A DNA stretch of 63,328 bases, filler included, from Clostridiaceae bacterium (GTDB lineage Bacteria; Bacillota; Clostridia; CAYPLH01; DUMO01), in NCBI GenBank assembly GCA_012839865.1. It is 4 parts of 4 records of this genome, joined end to end, with 100 filler letters (N's around TTAATTAATTAA, not from the genome) between each part and the next. Parts side by side here need not be neighbours in the genome. Positions count along the whole stretch, not along the records: positions 22,996 to 46,523 come from DUMO01000059.1; 3 more parts are not named here. One strand, given 5' to 3'. A model generated the notes under the pieces. It was not told where the DNA came from, ran no database searches, and saw only the letters and a list, made by a program, of their open reading frames with translations. Position numbers and translations under genes: made by a program. Every line of letters starts with the position of its first letter. Positions within the stretch are counted from its first letter, which is position 1. Shown one piece after another: positions 30,152 through 41,959 of the stretch.

Positions 30152-30185
30152 GAACCGGACTTACACCTTTCGATGTATCCGGCTC
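30152..30185 (-). ncRNA. Group II intron catalytic domain V
   Basis: GAGCCGGATACATCGAAAGGTGTAAGTCCGGTTC: AGC triad, GAAA loop, 34 nt, followed by a domain VI-like stem. Confidence 0.9.
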
Positions 30186-30224
30186 GCCGGTCGTTCCTAA
30201 GCTTGATTACTGTTTATAAGACTT

Positions 30225-31754
30225 TTATATTACCAGTACACTAACTTTTGGCTGACTTGATTTCTTAAAAGGCTCATTAAAGTATGTAACTGTTTTTGGA
30301 CCACTGTCTGTCTCGTATGTAACACCAATTATCCTATGTGTTCCGGTACCATTTGTAGATTTAACATCGATTCCATACTTTTCTATAACTTTCTTTACCG
30401 GGCATTTTTCCTTTCTGGCAATTGTCTTTGCCAGGCTGTAGTAGTGGTAATATTTAAATTTCTTAAGTTTAGTACTTACATCGTCTGCCAGGCTGTAGTA
30501 ATTATAAAGTTCTCTTACTTCGGAATTATACTCATTAATAATATCTTTAACCGGAAGATTTACTCGTCCGCCATGATGGACGGATTTACCGTTTTTCATA
30601 AAAGGTTTCAACTTTCTGTTTATTACTTCCCCCGGGACAAGCAGCCTTATTGCTTCGTTGGAATCTTTCTTTCCTGCTCCCGGAGTATCGGTTGGCAAAA
30701 CGTTGCTGTGCCTTCCCTTTGCTATTTCATACCCTAGAAATTTTACATTGCTGTCACTAAGGTTGCTTATTTTCAATTCCGTCTCAAGTTTCAGTTCACT
30801 TTGCAAAAAGTCATTTATTTTTTTTCTTATTTCTTCTGCCAGGCTTTTGTTTCCCTTAATGCATATAATGCATTCCTCCGCATATCTTGTGTATTTAATT
30901 TTTATGCAATCCTTATCCGGTCCAGCAAGCCTGTCAGGTTTTCCGGGTTCATCCAAAATGTTTTGTAATGCGGGATTTTCTGATTCGTTGCTAATTAAAA
31001 AATCCTTACAATTAAGCCTTTGATTTACCGGATTTCTGTTATCGGAATAACTTTTTAAGTAATCGTTTATGAGTCCTTCAATATACATGTCCAGCTCATG
31101 CAGATATATATTTGCAAGAACCGGGCTGATTCCGCTCCCATGCAGGGTTTCTGACAGGGAGCCTTTCGGTTTTTCAAGATTGAAATATCCTGCTTTCAAA
31201 AACCTTCTTAAAAGTTCAAGAAACCTTCCGTCTGCAATTCTTCTTCCTATTAAATTAATGAGTAATTTCTGATCAATACTTACAGCCAAATTTTCCATAC
31301 CGCCTCGAATCACCCAATTCGTACCCTGGCACGTGGTTTTAATCCGATATAGTGCTGTTTGGCAGCTTCTATTCTGTCTGAACCCGTGTGATGAATCAAG
31401 GAAATTCACTTCAAAAATTGCTACCAACAACATTCTCAGAATTTCCTGCACAAGATTATCCATGAGATCCGACTTTCCCAAAGAAAAAAAATTACCTTTT
31501 TCTTCAGGAATGTGTGTCTCTTTTAGCGGTATAGGGTAGTAACTTTCGGATTTCAACTTTTCAATGGTGTCTTTAACAATTTCCATGTTGAATCCGTCAC
31601 TTGCCACATATTTTGCCTTTGTGCAAACATTTACGTAAGCTTTAATATAAAAGTCTTCATTAAACAGATTCCTGTAAAGCCTGTCAAAGACAAAATCCTT
31701 ATCTTCTCCAGACTTCTTGCCTAGTATTGACAAAACCATGTCGGCCTTCTGCAT
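30225..31754 (-). CDS. Intron-encoded protein: degenerate reverse transcriptase with maturase (X) domain, no HNH endonuclease
   Basis: LtrA-like RLYRNLFN, SHGFRQNRSCQTAL, SPVLANIYLHELD, FLGYEI, GLYNYY-like ELYNYYSLAD; YADD replaced by YAEE; GGAGG RBS before ATG 31754. Confidence 0.9.
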   Translation of the reverse strand: MQKADMVLSILGKKSGEDKDFVFDRLYRNLFNEDFYIKAYVNVCTKAKYVASDGFNMEIVKDTIEKLKSESYYPIPLKETHIPEEKGNFFSLGKSDLMDNLVQEILRMLLVAIFEVNFLDSSHGFRQNRSCQTALYRIKTTCQGTNWVIRGGMENLAVSIDQKLLINLIGRRIADGRFLELLRRFLKAGYFNLEKPKGSLSETLHGSGISPVLANIYLHELDMYIEGLINDYLKSYSDNRNPVNQRLNCKDFLISNESENPALQNILDEPGKPDRLAGPDKDCIKIKYTRYAEECIICIKGNKSLAEEIRKKINDFLQSELKLETELKISNLSDSNVKFLGYEIAKGRHSNVLPTDTPGAGKKDSNEAIRLLVPGEVINRKLKPFMKNGKSVHHGGRVNLPVKDIINEYNSEVRELYNYYSLADDVSTKLKKFKYYHYYSLAKTIARKEKCPVKKVIEKYGIDVKSTNGTGTHRIIGVTYETDSGPKTVTYFNEPFKKSSQPKVSVLVI

Positions 31755-32391
31755 TTCGCATACCTCCATAATTTTTCAACTGAACGACCTGCTGCCCTTC
31801 GCCATGTAAGCAGCTTTCCTGCATCCGGTTTTACGGCGTTACCTGTCATTTCAGGTTTTTCAGACTACTATGGCAGCTCCGTAACCATATTGGATATTCA
31901 GAACACTTAAAGTTCATAGCTTTCTTAAGCAATCCAACGTAGGTTATCTCCGTTTAGACTTTAAAGCACATACAGTACAACTTAGGCTCCCGTTCGTTCC
32001 TTTAACGTATCTGCTGATACGCCGGAAGAGTTTCAGAGAGTATGGGAAACGCCGGAAAGATCTCCCATAGAATCTCTTCGTGCACATTTTATATAACCTG
32101 CTGCACAAAATACACATACTGTCATGAAATTAAGATTATTTTGTGCGATTGGTTTATATTTTTCAGTACACCCCGGTGGTTTAGGCCAAGGAACTGGGTT
32201 TAAAGCAGTATAGCTTTGGCCATATTGTACAATGGTCTTGCATATCATTTTGTATTTCTACAAAATATATGCTTTGCTGACATGCTATTTTCCCCTGCAT
32301 GTTTCCACTTAGGGTAAGTCAGTTGACCAATAGGATGCCTCTCTAATCCCATGTTCTTTGAACAATGCTCTAAAATCCATTACGGACGCAC

Positions 32392-32436
32392 TCCGACACC
32401 ACCCTTTTGATTTGCAAGGGCTATAACCTTTGCCAA
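32392..32436 (-). CDS. parA: ParA/Soj exon 1 (MAKVIALANQKGGVG)
   Basis: AGGAG RBS, TTG start at 32436, 15 codons ending GTC GGA directly before the intron GTGCG. Confidence 0.9.
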
Positions 32437-32660
32437 ACTAATCAGCTCCTTCTTTCCTAAGTATTGTTATCAACAGATACTTAAGAGAAATTTATGCATA
32501 CCTGAACAAAAAGAATTTATCAGGCCTTACGTCCATTTTTTATGTACACATTCCCCCAGCCTGAAAAATTATAATTTTTTTGTCAGGTTAAACCTATTAT
32601 ATCATAGTATTATTTTTAGCTGCAAACAAAAGAGGATTTTATTAACGCAGACTGCAATAA

Positions 32661-32676
32661 TGTTTCACGTGAAACA
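32661..32676. promoter_or_regulatory. parS: parS centromere-like site
   Basis: Perfect TGTTTCACGTGAAACA palindrome matching the Firmicutes parS consensus, near parAB. Confidence 0.9.
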
Positions 32677-32971
32677 ATTCCCCGGAAAAGGCTTTACATG
32701 AGGCTTTCAAGGTAATGAAGCGAGAGTATTGCTTTATTAATAAATAATAAAATATAATTTTATAATATTTTTAACCATAAAACCGGTTTAATTTTTCATG
32801 AATTTAATAAAGCATGTTTTACCATAATTAATTATTTTAACCTTCATGGTTTTTAAAAATTGTTTTCTTTTTTTATTTTTAACTGTTTTAAAAGTATTTC
32901 TTAAAACCTTGCTTCTTCTTTATTTGACATTTACATTATATATTAAAAAAGCTCCAGTAACACCTTAAAAA

Positions 32972-32987
32972 TGTTTCACGTGAAACA
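32972..32987. promoter_or_regulatory. parS: parS centromere-like site inside a 34-bp perfect palindrome
   Basis: CCTTAAAAA-TGTTTCACGTGAAACA-TTTTTAAGG (32963-32996). Confidence 0.9.
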
Positions 32988-33064
32988 TTTTTAAGGTCAA
33001 AGCCATTTTAGATCGTTTTAAGGAGCTTTTTCTTGTTTTCTTTACTATATAAATTTTTTTTATT

Positions 33065-35035
<1,971 letters not shown>

Positions 35036-35121
35036 TTATAAATAATGACAAGTTCCATACTTTAACATAATTTGATTAATATCAGAAAATTGTTGTATTT
35101 TTTTATCTTTTCTGGCTTAAT

Positions 35122-35376
35122 CTATATAAAAACTGAACGTTTCATCAAAGTTACCGAAGATATAGGTGAAAGGTAAATTTTGCTTTTATGATTAGTCTCG
35201 GTAATAATAAAGGATTTTGGCAAATCCTCAGAGATAATTTCAACAAATCCTTCTTCCTCTGCTACTTTTAAAAAATCCCTGGTATTTTTTGATATAGTAG
35301 TCTTATCCAGATCAAAAATACCTATAATATTTTTAACCGGTACAACTACATTTCCACCTAAATGAACAAACATCAT
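35122..35376 (-). CDS. remB: RemB/YaaB (DUF370) family protein
   Basis: MFVHLGGNVVV...IIGIFD...KSFIIT...IYLSPISSVTL; usual position upstream of gyrB. Confidence 0.8.
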   Translation of the reverse strand: MMFVHLGGNVVVPVKNIIGIFDLDKTTISKNTRDFLKVAEEEGFVEIISEDLPKSFIITETNHKSKIYLSPISSVTLMKRSVFI

Positions 35377-35701
35377 TTTCTCCAACCTTCTCGTTTTAAT
35401 AAATTTCTCCTGTTCTTATAATGATTCTAATAAATCTTTTTTATTACAAAATTTCACCATATTTATATATTATATCACAATTAATCCTTGTACCGCAACT
35501 TATATAACTGGAAGGAGCAAGGTTCGGGGAACTTTCTGATTGAAACATTTCAAAAATCATTGCTGAGAAAATAAGGGTGGCATGAACCACTCTGGTTAAG
35601 CCTTTGTTGTTAAAATCGTGATTGAAATCGTGTCCAAATCATTATAGAATATTGATTAATTTAAATGGCTGACTGTATCAATTTAATCCGGGAGGAGAAC
35701 T

Positions 35702-37189
35702 ATGAATTACTCAACTCACTGCAAAAGGGTACATAGAATTAATTTGTTGTTAACATTTTGCCTTATCGCTCTGATCGTAATACCTTTAATCTATTTACAC
35801 GGATTTGATGCCGGCAAGCTCTTTACTATTTCCGGAATTGTAGTTGGCGGATTTGCCACCCTTAATTATTTCCTTCCTGCTTCAGATAAAGTAAAAGGTT
35901 TGATTTTTACTCTGCTGCCCCTTACTGTAGTTTTCGCACTGTTTTTTCTTGACAAATTCACATTAAACAAACATTATATTCTATTCTTTTCTATAATCAT
36001 GATAGCTCTTTATTTTGATAAAAAGTTGATATTAATTTTCAGTGCAATTGTCAGCATTTACACTCTTACTTTATACTTATTTGTTCCCGCTAACTTTTTG
36101 GGTGCCGAATATAACATACCTTTATTTATTACAGCCTATTCAGTGATTTGCGGCACACTGGCGGCGTTGTACTTTTTAACTGATGCAGGGCACAAACTCA
36201 TTCTACAGTCTGCTTATAAAGAACAGGAGGCTCAAAAGCTTGTTCAGCAGCTAAAAGGCCTTATTGAAACAATAAATCGAAGTGCTGTCAGCTTGAACGA
36301 CAGTACAAATAATGTAAAACAAAACATGGACAGAATCCATGAAAACAGCCGGTCAATTCTGGAGGCAGCAGAACAGATGGCCGCTGCTATCAGCAACGAA
36401 GCTCAAAATATCACACAAATCAATAGCGCAGTTCTCCTCTCCCTGCAGAACATGGATAAAACAGCAAAAGTATCACAAGAGGTGGCGTCAGAGTCTCATG
36501 ATATGAACCGTGATATGCAAGAAAACTGGAACAGGGTTAATCAGGTTGGCATATATATGAATACCCTGAATGATTCTGTTCAGACTGCTGCGTCAACCGT
36601 TGATGACTTGCAAGAGAGTTTGCAAATGGTGAATTCCTTATTGCTTGATATCCAGGATATTGCCCAGCAAACCAATATGTTAGCCTTAAATGCCTCTATT
36701 GAAGCAGCCCGGGCAGGAGAACATGGAAAGGGGTTTGCCATTGTGGCCGGCGAAGTTCGCAAACTTGCCGCACAAAGCGGTGAAATTGCTTCCCGTATTA
36801 CAAAGGTCACACATCAGCTATTCGAAAAATCAAAGGCTGCTCATGAGAAATCTCATGAAGGAAAGCAGGCTGTTGAAAAAGGACAGTTTTTGTTGCAGGA
36901 AATTACCGAGTCTTTTAATTCCATGAAAGAATCCTTTGACAAGATCAGCCGGCATCTGAAAAATAACATGGACAATATTGGACAGACAACCAATGAATTT
37001 TATAAAATAAAAGAAGAGATTGAATCGGCTGTAGCCATAACCCAGGAAAATACGGCAACTACTGAGGAAATCGTATCCACCCTTTCCTCAGAAAACGATT
37101 TTATTGATATGATTTCGCAATCCATACAGCAATTGAAAAATTTAAGCCAGGAGCTTTTGGATATTTGCCAATCCACACAACATAGTTGA
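35702..37189 (+). CDS. Methyl-accepting chemotaxis protein with multi-TM N-terminus
   Basis: [34 protein letters not shown] signalling tip. Confidence 0.93.
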   Translation: MNYSTHCKRVHRINLLLTFCLIALIVIPLIYLHGFDAGKLFTISGIVVGGFATLNYFLPASDKVKGLIFTLLPLTVVFALFFLDKFTLNKHYILFFSIIMIALYFDKKLILIFSAIVSIYTLTLYLFVPANFLGAEYNIPLFITAYSVICGTLAALYFLTDAGHKLILQSAYKEQEAQKLVQQLKGLIETINRSAVSLNDSTNNVKQNMDRIHENSRSILEAAEQMAAAISNEAQNITQINSAVLLSLQNMDKTAKVSQEVASESHDMNRDMQENWNRVNQVGIYMNTLNDSVQTAASTVDDLQESLQMVNSLLLDIQDIAQQTNMLALNASIEAARAGEHGKGFAIVAGEVRKLAAQSGEIASRITKVTHQLFEKSKAAHEKSHEGKQAVEKGQFLLQEITESFNSMKESFDKISRHLKNNMDNIGQTTNEFYKIKEEIESAVAITQENTATTEEIVSTLSSENDFIDMISQSIQQLKNLSQELLDICQSTQHS

Positions 37190-37240
37190 ATACAGACATA
37201 AATTATAACTTTTACATAGAAACATATTGGAAACTTACAT

Positions 37241-37462
37241 TTATTGCATTGGATATTTTATGCCCAATACATCAACAATAAGACGCTGCAAACCGTGCAT
37301 CGGACTTGGTATGGGTATGTCAAGAACGTACATTAAACCTAATACAAAGGCAATGATATATAGAATTGAAAAAACAGCAAGTTCTCTCCACTCGTTCCTC
37401 TTTATAAGCCCTGGAACAATAATAATAATTATTAAGGCATAAATCAACAGCAGGAATATCAT
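37241..37462 (-). CDS. Small membrane protein at the end of the ger operon
   Basis: Two hydrophobic segments, WRELAVFSILY, IPIPSP; overlaps the gerKB stop. Confidence 0.7.
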   Translation of the reverse strand: MIFLLLIYALIIIIIVPGLIKRNEWRELAVFSILYIIAFVLGLMYVLDIPIPSPMHGLQRLIVDVLGIKYPMQ

Positions 37463-38565
37463 GTCCCCTTACTCCTTTCAACCTTTGGCAAATCACGAAT
37501 TTTCGCAATCATTAACGACAAGGGCGGGAAAATATATATAAGCGGCACAGAATATATAATTCCAGTATTTTGTGTAATCATGGCATGATCTACAGGCGAT
37601 TGAAAAACAGTAGCGGCAACAATTACCTCGATGCCCGCTAAAGGCAAAATTACCGGCAAATACGACTTTAAGCCAAATAATTGTGAAACTGATACAGCCA
37701 ATGTATAAAAGAAAAGGCTGCATTTAAAAAATATCAGGACTGTCTGTGCAATTCCTATCAGAAAATCCATCCTTGTCAACACAGTCCCGATATCAATGAG
37801 ACGGATTGACTGAAAGGACGGGGAAGTCCATATGGTTTGTGTTCTGCCTAAAACCGCTGTATCTGTGACCGAAATAATAAAAAGGCTTAACCCTCCAATT
37901 AACAATCCAATAAAAGTGTTTTTAACTGCATGCCCGGTATTGTTCAGATACCCCATAATTACGAGGAAAATTATTGTTTCGCCAAAAGGAATGACCGACA
38001 CAATATGAATACCCTGAAAAATTCTCATAAAGGGCACCTCAAAAAACGGTAAAAAATTGGAGAAATCCATCTGGTCAATCAAAAGAATGAATGTGCTGAT
38101 TATTGCAAATATCGAGGTAAATACGAACAAATGGCTCACTCTTGCCAATACTTCGATACCTTTGGCAACAGCATATGCGCAGGTTGCAGTAAAAACTGCC
38201 AGCAGGAAAATAAAAGGTGTGTCGGGCATTAAAAAAGTTATATATAACTCACCTACATCACGAATATTAAATGACAAGGTCATTAAGAAAAAGAAAATGT
38301 AATATATGGATATAACTTTGCCCAGAACCCGTCCATATACCATATCATTAATCTGAACCAGATTCATTCCCGGAAACCTTTTTGCAAGCACCACATAGGA
38401 AAGAAAAAAAGGGGTTGTTACAGCCAAACCCGCCAATACAACCATCCATGTCTGATGTTCGGTTATTCCTACTGTAAAATCTATCAATAAACCCGATCCC
38501 TGAACAAAACCAGCAATTAGAAAAAGCAATTGCAAACTGCTTATTTTTCCTTTTTCAATGCTCAT
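37459..38565 (-). CDS. Spore germination receptor B subunit (GerAB/GerKB)
   Basis: KISSLQL, TPFIFL, KGIEVLARV, SIRLIDIG, RMDFLI; about 10 TMs. Confidence 0.88.
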   Translation of the reverse strand: MSIEKGKISSLQLLFLIAGFVQGSGLLIDFTVGITEHQTWMVVLAGLAVTTPFFLSYVVLAKRFPGMNLVQINDMVYGRVLGKVISIYYIFFFLMTLSFNIRDVGELYITFLMPDTPFIFLLAVFTATCAYAVAKGIEVLARVSHLFVFTSIFAIISTFILLIDQMDFSNFLPFFEVPFMRIFQGIHIVSVIPFGETIIFLVIMGYLNNTGHAVKNTFIGLLIGGLSLFIISVTDTAVLGRTQTIWTSPSFQSIRLIDIGTVLTRMDFLIGIAQTVLIFFKCSLFFYTLAVSVSQLFGLKSYLPVILPLAGIEVIVAATVFQSPVDHAMITQNTGIIYSVPLIYIFPPLSLMIAKIRDLPKVERSKGT

Positions 38566-38566
38566 G

Positions 38567-39751
38567 TTATTTCCCCTCTTCACTTGGTGTTGCCGGTTTT
38601 TTTAACAAATCGGTTTTTATTATTTTTGTTTCAATGTCAATTCTTAATTCTATAGTTGGATATATTTCATCCCAATTTTCTTTTAAAATTTTCCACTCCT
38701 TGTTGTATTTTTTATGCAGCATCTCGCCAAAGCCAAAAACATCGGTGTCGATTTCCCCGGATTTGTTAAAGGCCGCCAATATTTCCTGCCGGATAACTTC
38801 TGCCGTAACTTTTTGCATTTTTTCCAGGCCTGAAATAGTCGCCAGGTTTTCGGTTGTGTTCTTTTCTGAGAGGCTCGATTCCTCTTTAATTTTTATATGC
38901 ATAATTATTTTGCTGTCTCTGATTTCAGGTGTTACTTTGCTTTTTGCCTTTGTAATTTCCAAAACAACATCTCCTTGTTCATTAGGTGAAGGTATAATTA
39001 TCACACCACTTTTTACTTTGCCGAGCACCCACAATACTCCCCGGACTTCATCCTGCTTCAATTTTCCAACCATTTTGCCATTTTTAAAGACAGCCATACC
39101 CGACACATAAACATCCTTGCAATCCTTATCCTGTGAAACATTGATTAAAGGTGCTAACGAAGCAGTAGTTTCACTCATCATGCATGAGGCAAAATCTTTC
39201 ATATTCACTTTATAGAAATAAGAAGTAAACCCATAGGTCTTGACCAGCTTTGCAATATTAATGGCAGGTAACTTTTCAGTTTCAGGTTTTGCATCCATAA
39301 TGTCCGAAGCTTGTTCCTCGGCAATAAGAATCAATGTTGTAGGTCTCATTTCATGGGTCCTCAAAAAGAAATCAATATATTTTTGCAAACCTTCCATAGC
39401 TATATCTTTCCCAAAAATAACAGCCTGATTGTGAGATACAAACAGCCTGTTTCCTGTCTTGTGCGTTATCTGTCTTACCGCATCAAAAATTGACTTTCCC
39501 TTGCCGTTAACATTCCAAAATGCCTTGCTTTCTCCATCTCCACTACTACTTCCTGATCTGCTTATCTCCCCTTCTTTAACTACCTGTGCTGTCAGTAGAA
39601 CATCTCCTGTACTCCCATCCTTATCAACTCCCATTCCTATTACAATTTCCAAATCATTTATTTCTCTTCCTCCCAAACAGCCAGACAAGGCAAACAACAT
39701 AATAAAGCATAAACCCAATTTCATAATCGATTTGTTCATCTTTTTTTTCAT
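38567..39751 (-). CDS. Spore germination receptor C subunit lipoprotein (Ger(x)C)
   Basis: Lipobox LSGC, REINDLEIVIGMGVD, LFVSHNQAVIFG, DVFGFGE. Confidence 0.88.
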   Translation of the reverse strand: MKKKMNKSIMKLGLCFIMLFALSGCLGGREINDLEIVIGMGVDKDGSTGDVLLTAQVVKEGEISRSGSSSGDGESKAFWNVNGKGKSIFDAVRQITHKTGNRLFVSHNQAVIFGKDIAMEGLQKYIDFFLRTHEMRPTTLILIAEEQASDIMDAKPETEKLPAINIAKLVKTYGFTSYFYKVNMKDFASCMMSETTASLAPLINVSQDKDCKDVYVSGMAVFKNGKMVGKLKQDEVRGVLWVLGKVKSGVIIIPSPNEQGDVVLEITKAKSKVTPEIRDSKIIMHIKIKEESSLSEKNTTENLATISGLEKMQKVTAEVIRQEILAAFNKSGEIDTDVFGFGEMLHKKYNKEWKILKENWDEIYPTIELRIDIETKIIKTDLLKKPATPSEEGK

Positions 39752-39777
39752 TGCCAGCTTGCTCCTTTTATATGCAT

Positions 39778-41387
39778 CTAGTTGTCTCCCTTCCGGGGGG
39801 GTGATGGCATTAAATCCGGATTTTGTTTGTAGTAATCGAAATCGCTCCAAATGATAGCCTCAGGCCGCTTTGACATTGACCACAGCGGCATCCTTATAAA
39901 AACATCCTTCAAGCCTGATAAATTTAACGGTGCAATTGGCCATAAGTAAGGTACTCCAAAAGACCTTAGAGATGCCAGATGAATCAATGTCAACAAAAGA
40001 CCAATAATTACACCAAACCCGCCGGCAAGTCCGGCAAGGACAAGATATATATATCTGAGTACCGTTCCGGAATCAGTCTGCGCCGGAACAGCAAAGCTTG
40101 CAATGGCCGTCGAAGATACAACAATTACCATGATAGGACTTATAAGACCGGCTTCAACGGATGCCTGCCCCAGTACAAGGGCTCCGACAATGCCCACGGT
40201 TTGTCCTACCGGTTTTGGCAATCGTACTCCTGCTTCCCTTAGAATGTCAAAGGTAAATATCATCAAAAAAGCTTCCAGAATTGCCGGAAAAGGCACTCTT
40301 TCACGTCCTTCGGCTATAGATATCAATAGTTGGGTTGGTATCAGCTCCTGATGGTAAACAGTCAATGCCACATAAATTGCAGGCCCTAAAGTGCTGATAA
40401 TATAGGATAGAAACCTTATTCTACGCATAATGCTTGCAAGAAATGGTCTGGCATAATAGTCCTCCGAGCTTTGAAAACTTTCAATAAACACCATAGGAAC
40501 CACAAGCGCAAAAGGTGTACCATCAACCAAAATAGCAGCACGGCCTTCGAGTATTTTTGACGCAACCTTGTCAGGTCTTTCACTGTTTGAAATTGTGGGA
40601 AAAATTGAGTTCGGATCATCCTCAATAAATTGTTCTATATATCCTGATTCCAGAATCGCATCTATTTTAATTCTGCTCAGTCGTTTTCTTATTTCTTCAA
40701 TCAACTTTGGATTGACAATGCTTTTAATATATACAATGTACACATCCGTTTTTGATTTATCACCGATAATGAATTTTTCTACACATAAGTCAGGAACTTT
40801 GATTTTCCGGCGTATAAGAGCAATACTTACATTTACATTTTCGTTAAAGCCTTCCCTTGGTCCACGGACAATAGCCTCCGTTGCCGGTTCGTCTATAGAA
40901 CGGATTCCGGCTTGCCTGATTTGACAGCCAAAGCCTCTTTTGAACCATCTATCAAAAGAATGGTCGCTCCGGAAAATAAATTTTCAATTACATCCCTTAA
41001 CAGTGTCACTTTCAGATTATCTGTAATTGAAATTATGTTCTTTCTAATGTTGTCGATTTTTGTGAAATCCATATCCACATCCTTTTTAAGCAGCAGGATG
41101 TCATACATTAAAGGCTGCAGGATGTTTTTATGGATTTCTACCTTATCTGCCATACTGTTGATAAAAATTAGGGCACCTTTGAATCTTCTTTCATGCCCGA
41201 AGTTGAACTCGTGAAATGTCACATCGCTGCTATCCCGCAAAATGCCTTTAATTATTTCCAGGTTTCTTTCTAAAACTGTTGATATTGGTTCATTGTATTT
41301 TTTATCTTCTACAGACTCTTTAAGCATAGTTTCATTCAGCTTTTTTAAAGAGGAACCGCGAATTTTCCTAATAATATATCCAAACAT
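39778..41387 (-). pseudogene. Spore germination receptor A subunit (GerA/GerKA), split by a frameshift near 40920
   Basis: N-terminal half ends ALAV-K then shifts frame; other frame continues IRQAGIRSIDEPATEAIVRGPREGF...SERPDKVA...RERVPFP...REAGVRLP...SLRSFGVPYL. Confidence 0.8.
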
Positions 41388-41675
41388 TATAATTCTTCCC
41401 AAGCAGTTTTTAATTAGTTTTTTACTCATGTCAGTAATTTATTCATAAACTGAAAAATACAGTATGCACAATTCATACCGTTATTATTCTTCACTTTTGA
41501 AGAAGAAGGATTGAAAATCGTAAGAAAGAGAATATAAGAAAAAAACAAAGGTTTCATGATATTCCCACAACAGGCAGGGCAGCCCGGAGAAAAGCTGAAT
41601 GTCATGAAACCCAAATATCTACTTATTTTCTGAATTGATTTGAATCAATCTATTTTTACCAAGGCAATAGAATGC

Positions 41676-41864
41676 TTATTTGTTGGCAGGTTCCCATTTG
41701 CAACGAACCGGAGAAACAATCGCATTTTCTTTCTTTAATTCTTTAAAGGCGTTATCAATTTCTTTGCGGTCCAGTCCCGACAGTTTTTCCACTTCTCCGG
41801 CACTTAAAGGTCTTCCTTCCGCTTTCATTATTTCCAATACTTTTTCTTTCACGCTCATATTCAC
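41676..41864 (-). CDS. Small winged-helix protein (62 aa)
   Basis: KEKVLEIMKAEGRPLSAGEVEKLSGLDRKEIDNAFKELK; GGAG RBS. Confidence 0.7.
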   Translation of the reverse strand: MNMSVKEKVLEIMKAEGRPLSAGEVEKLSGLDRKEIDNAFKELKKENAIVSPVRCKWEPANK

Positions 41865-41959
41865 ATCTCCTTGTCTTATTTGGGGTTTGCATATATTATA
41901 CCAAAAATGATAGAGTGGCTAAATATGATGCCTTAAAGATAGTTTATTTGGGTTGCATT

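Larger units (their letters stand above)
30091..32391 (-). mobile_element. Group II intron (subgroup IIA, ML/Ll.LtrB-like), 2301 nt, inserted in parA Walker A
   Basis: 5' GTGCG at 32391; 3' ...CCCTAC at 30091; domain V at 30152-30185; candidate branch A 7 nt from the 3' end (30097); removing it restores MAKVIALANQKGGVG|KTTT in frame. Confidence 0.93.

Noticed and set aside
30225..31754. Retron, DGR or defence-type reverse transcriptase
   Set aside because: Sits inside a complete group II intron with domain V, correct ends and a maturase domain; no template repeat or msr/msd seen.
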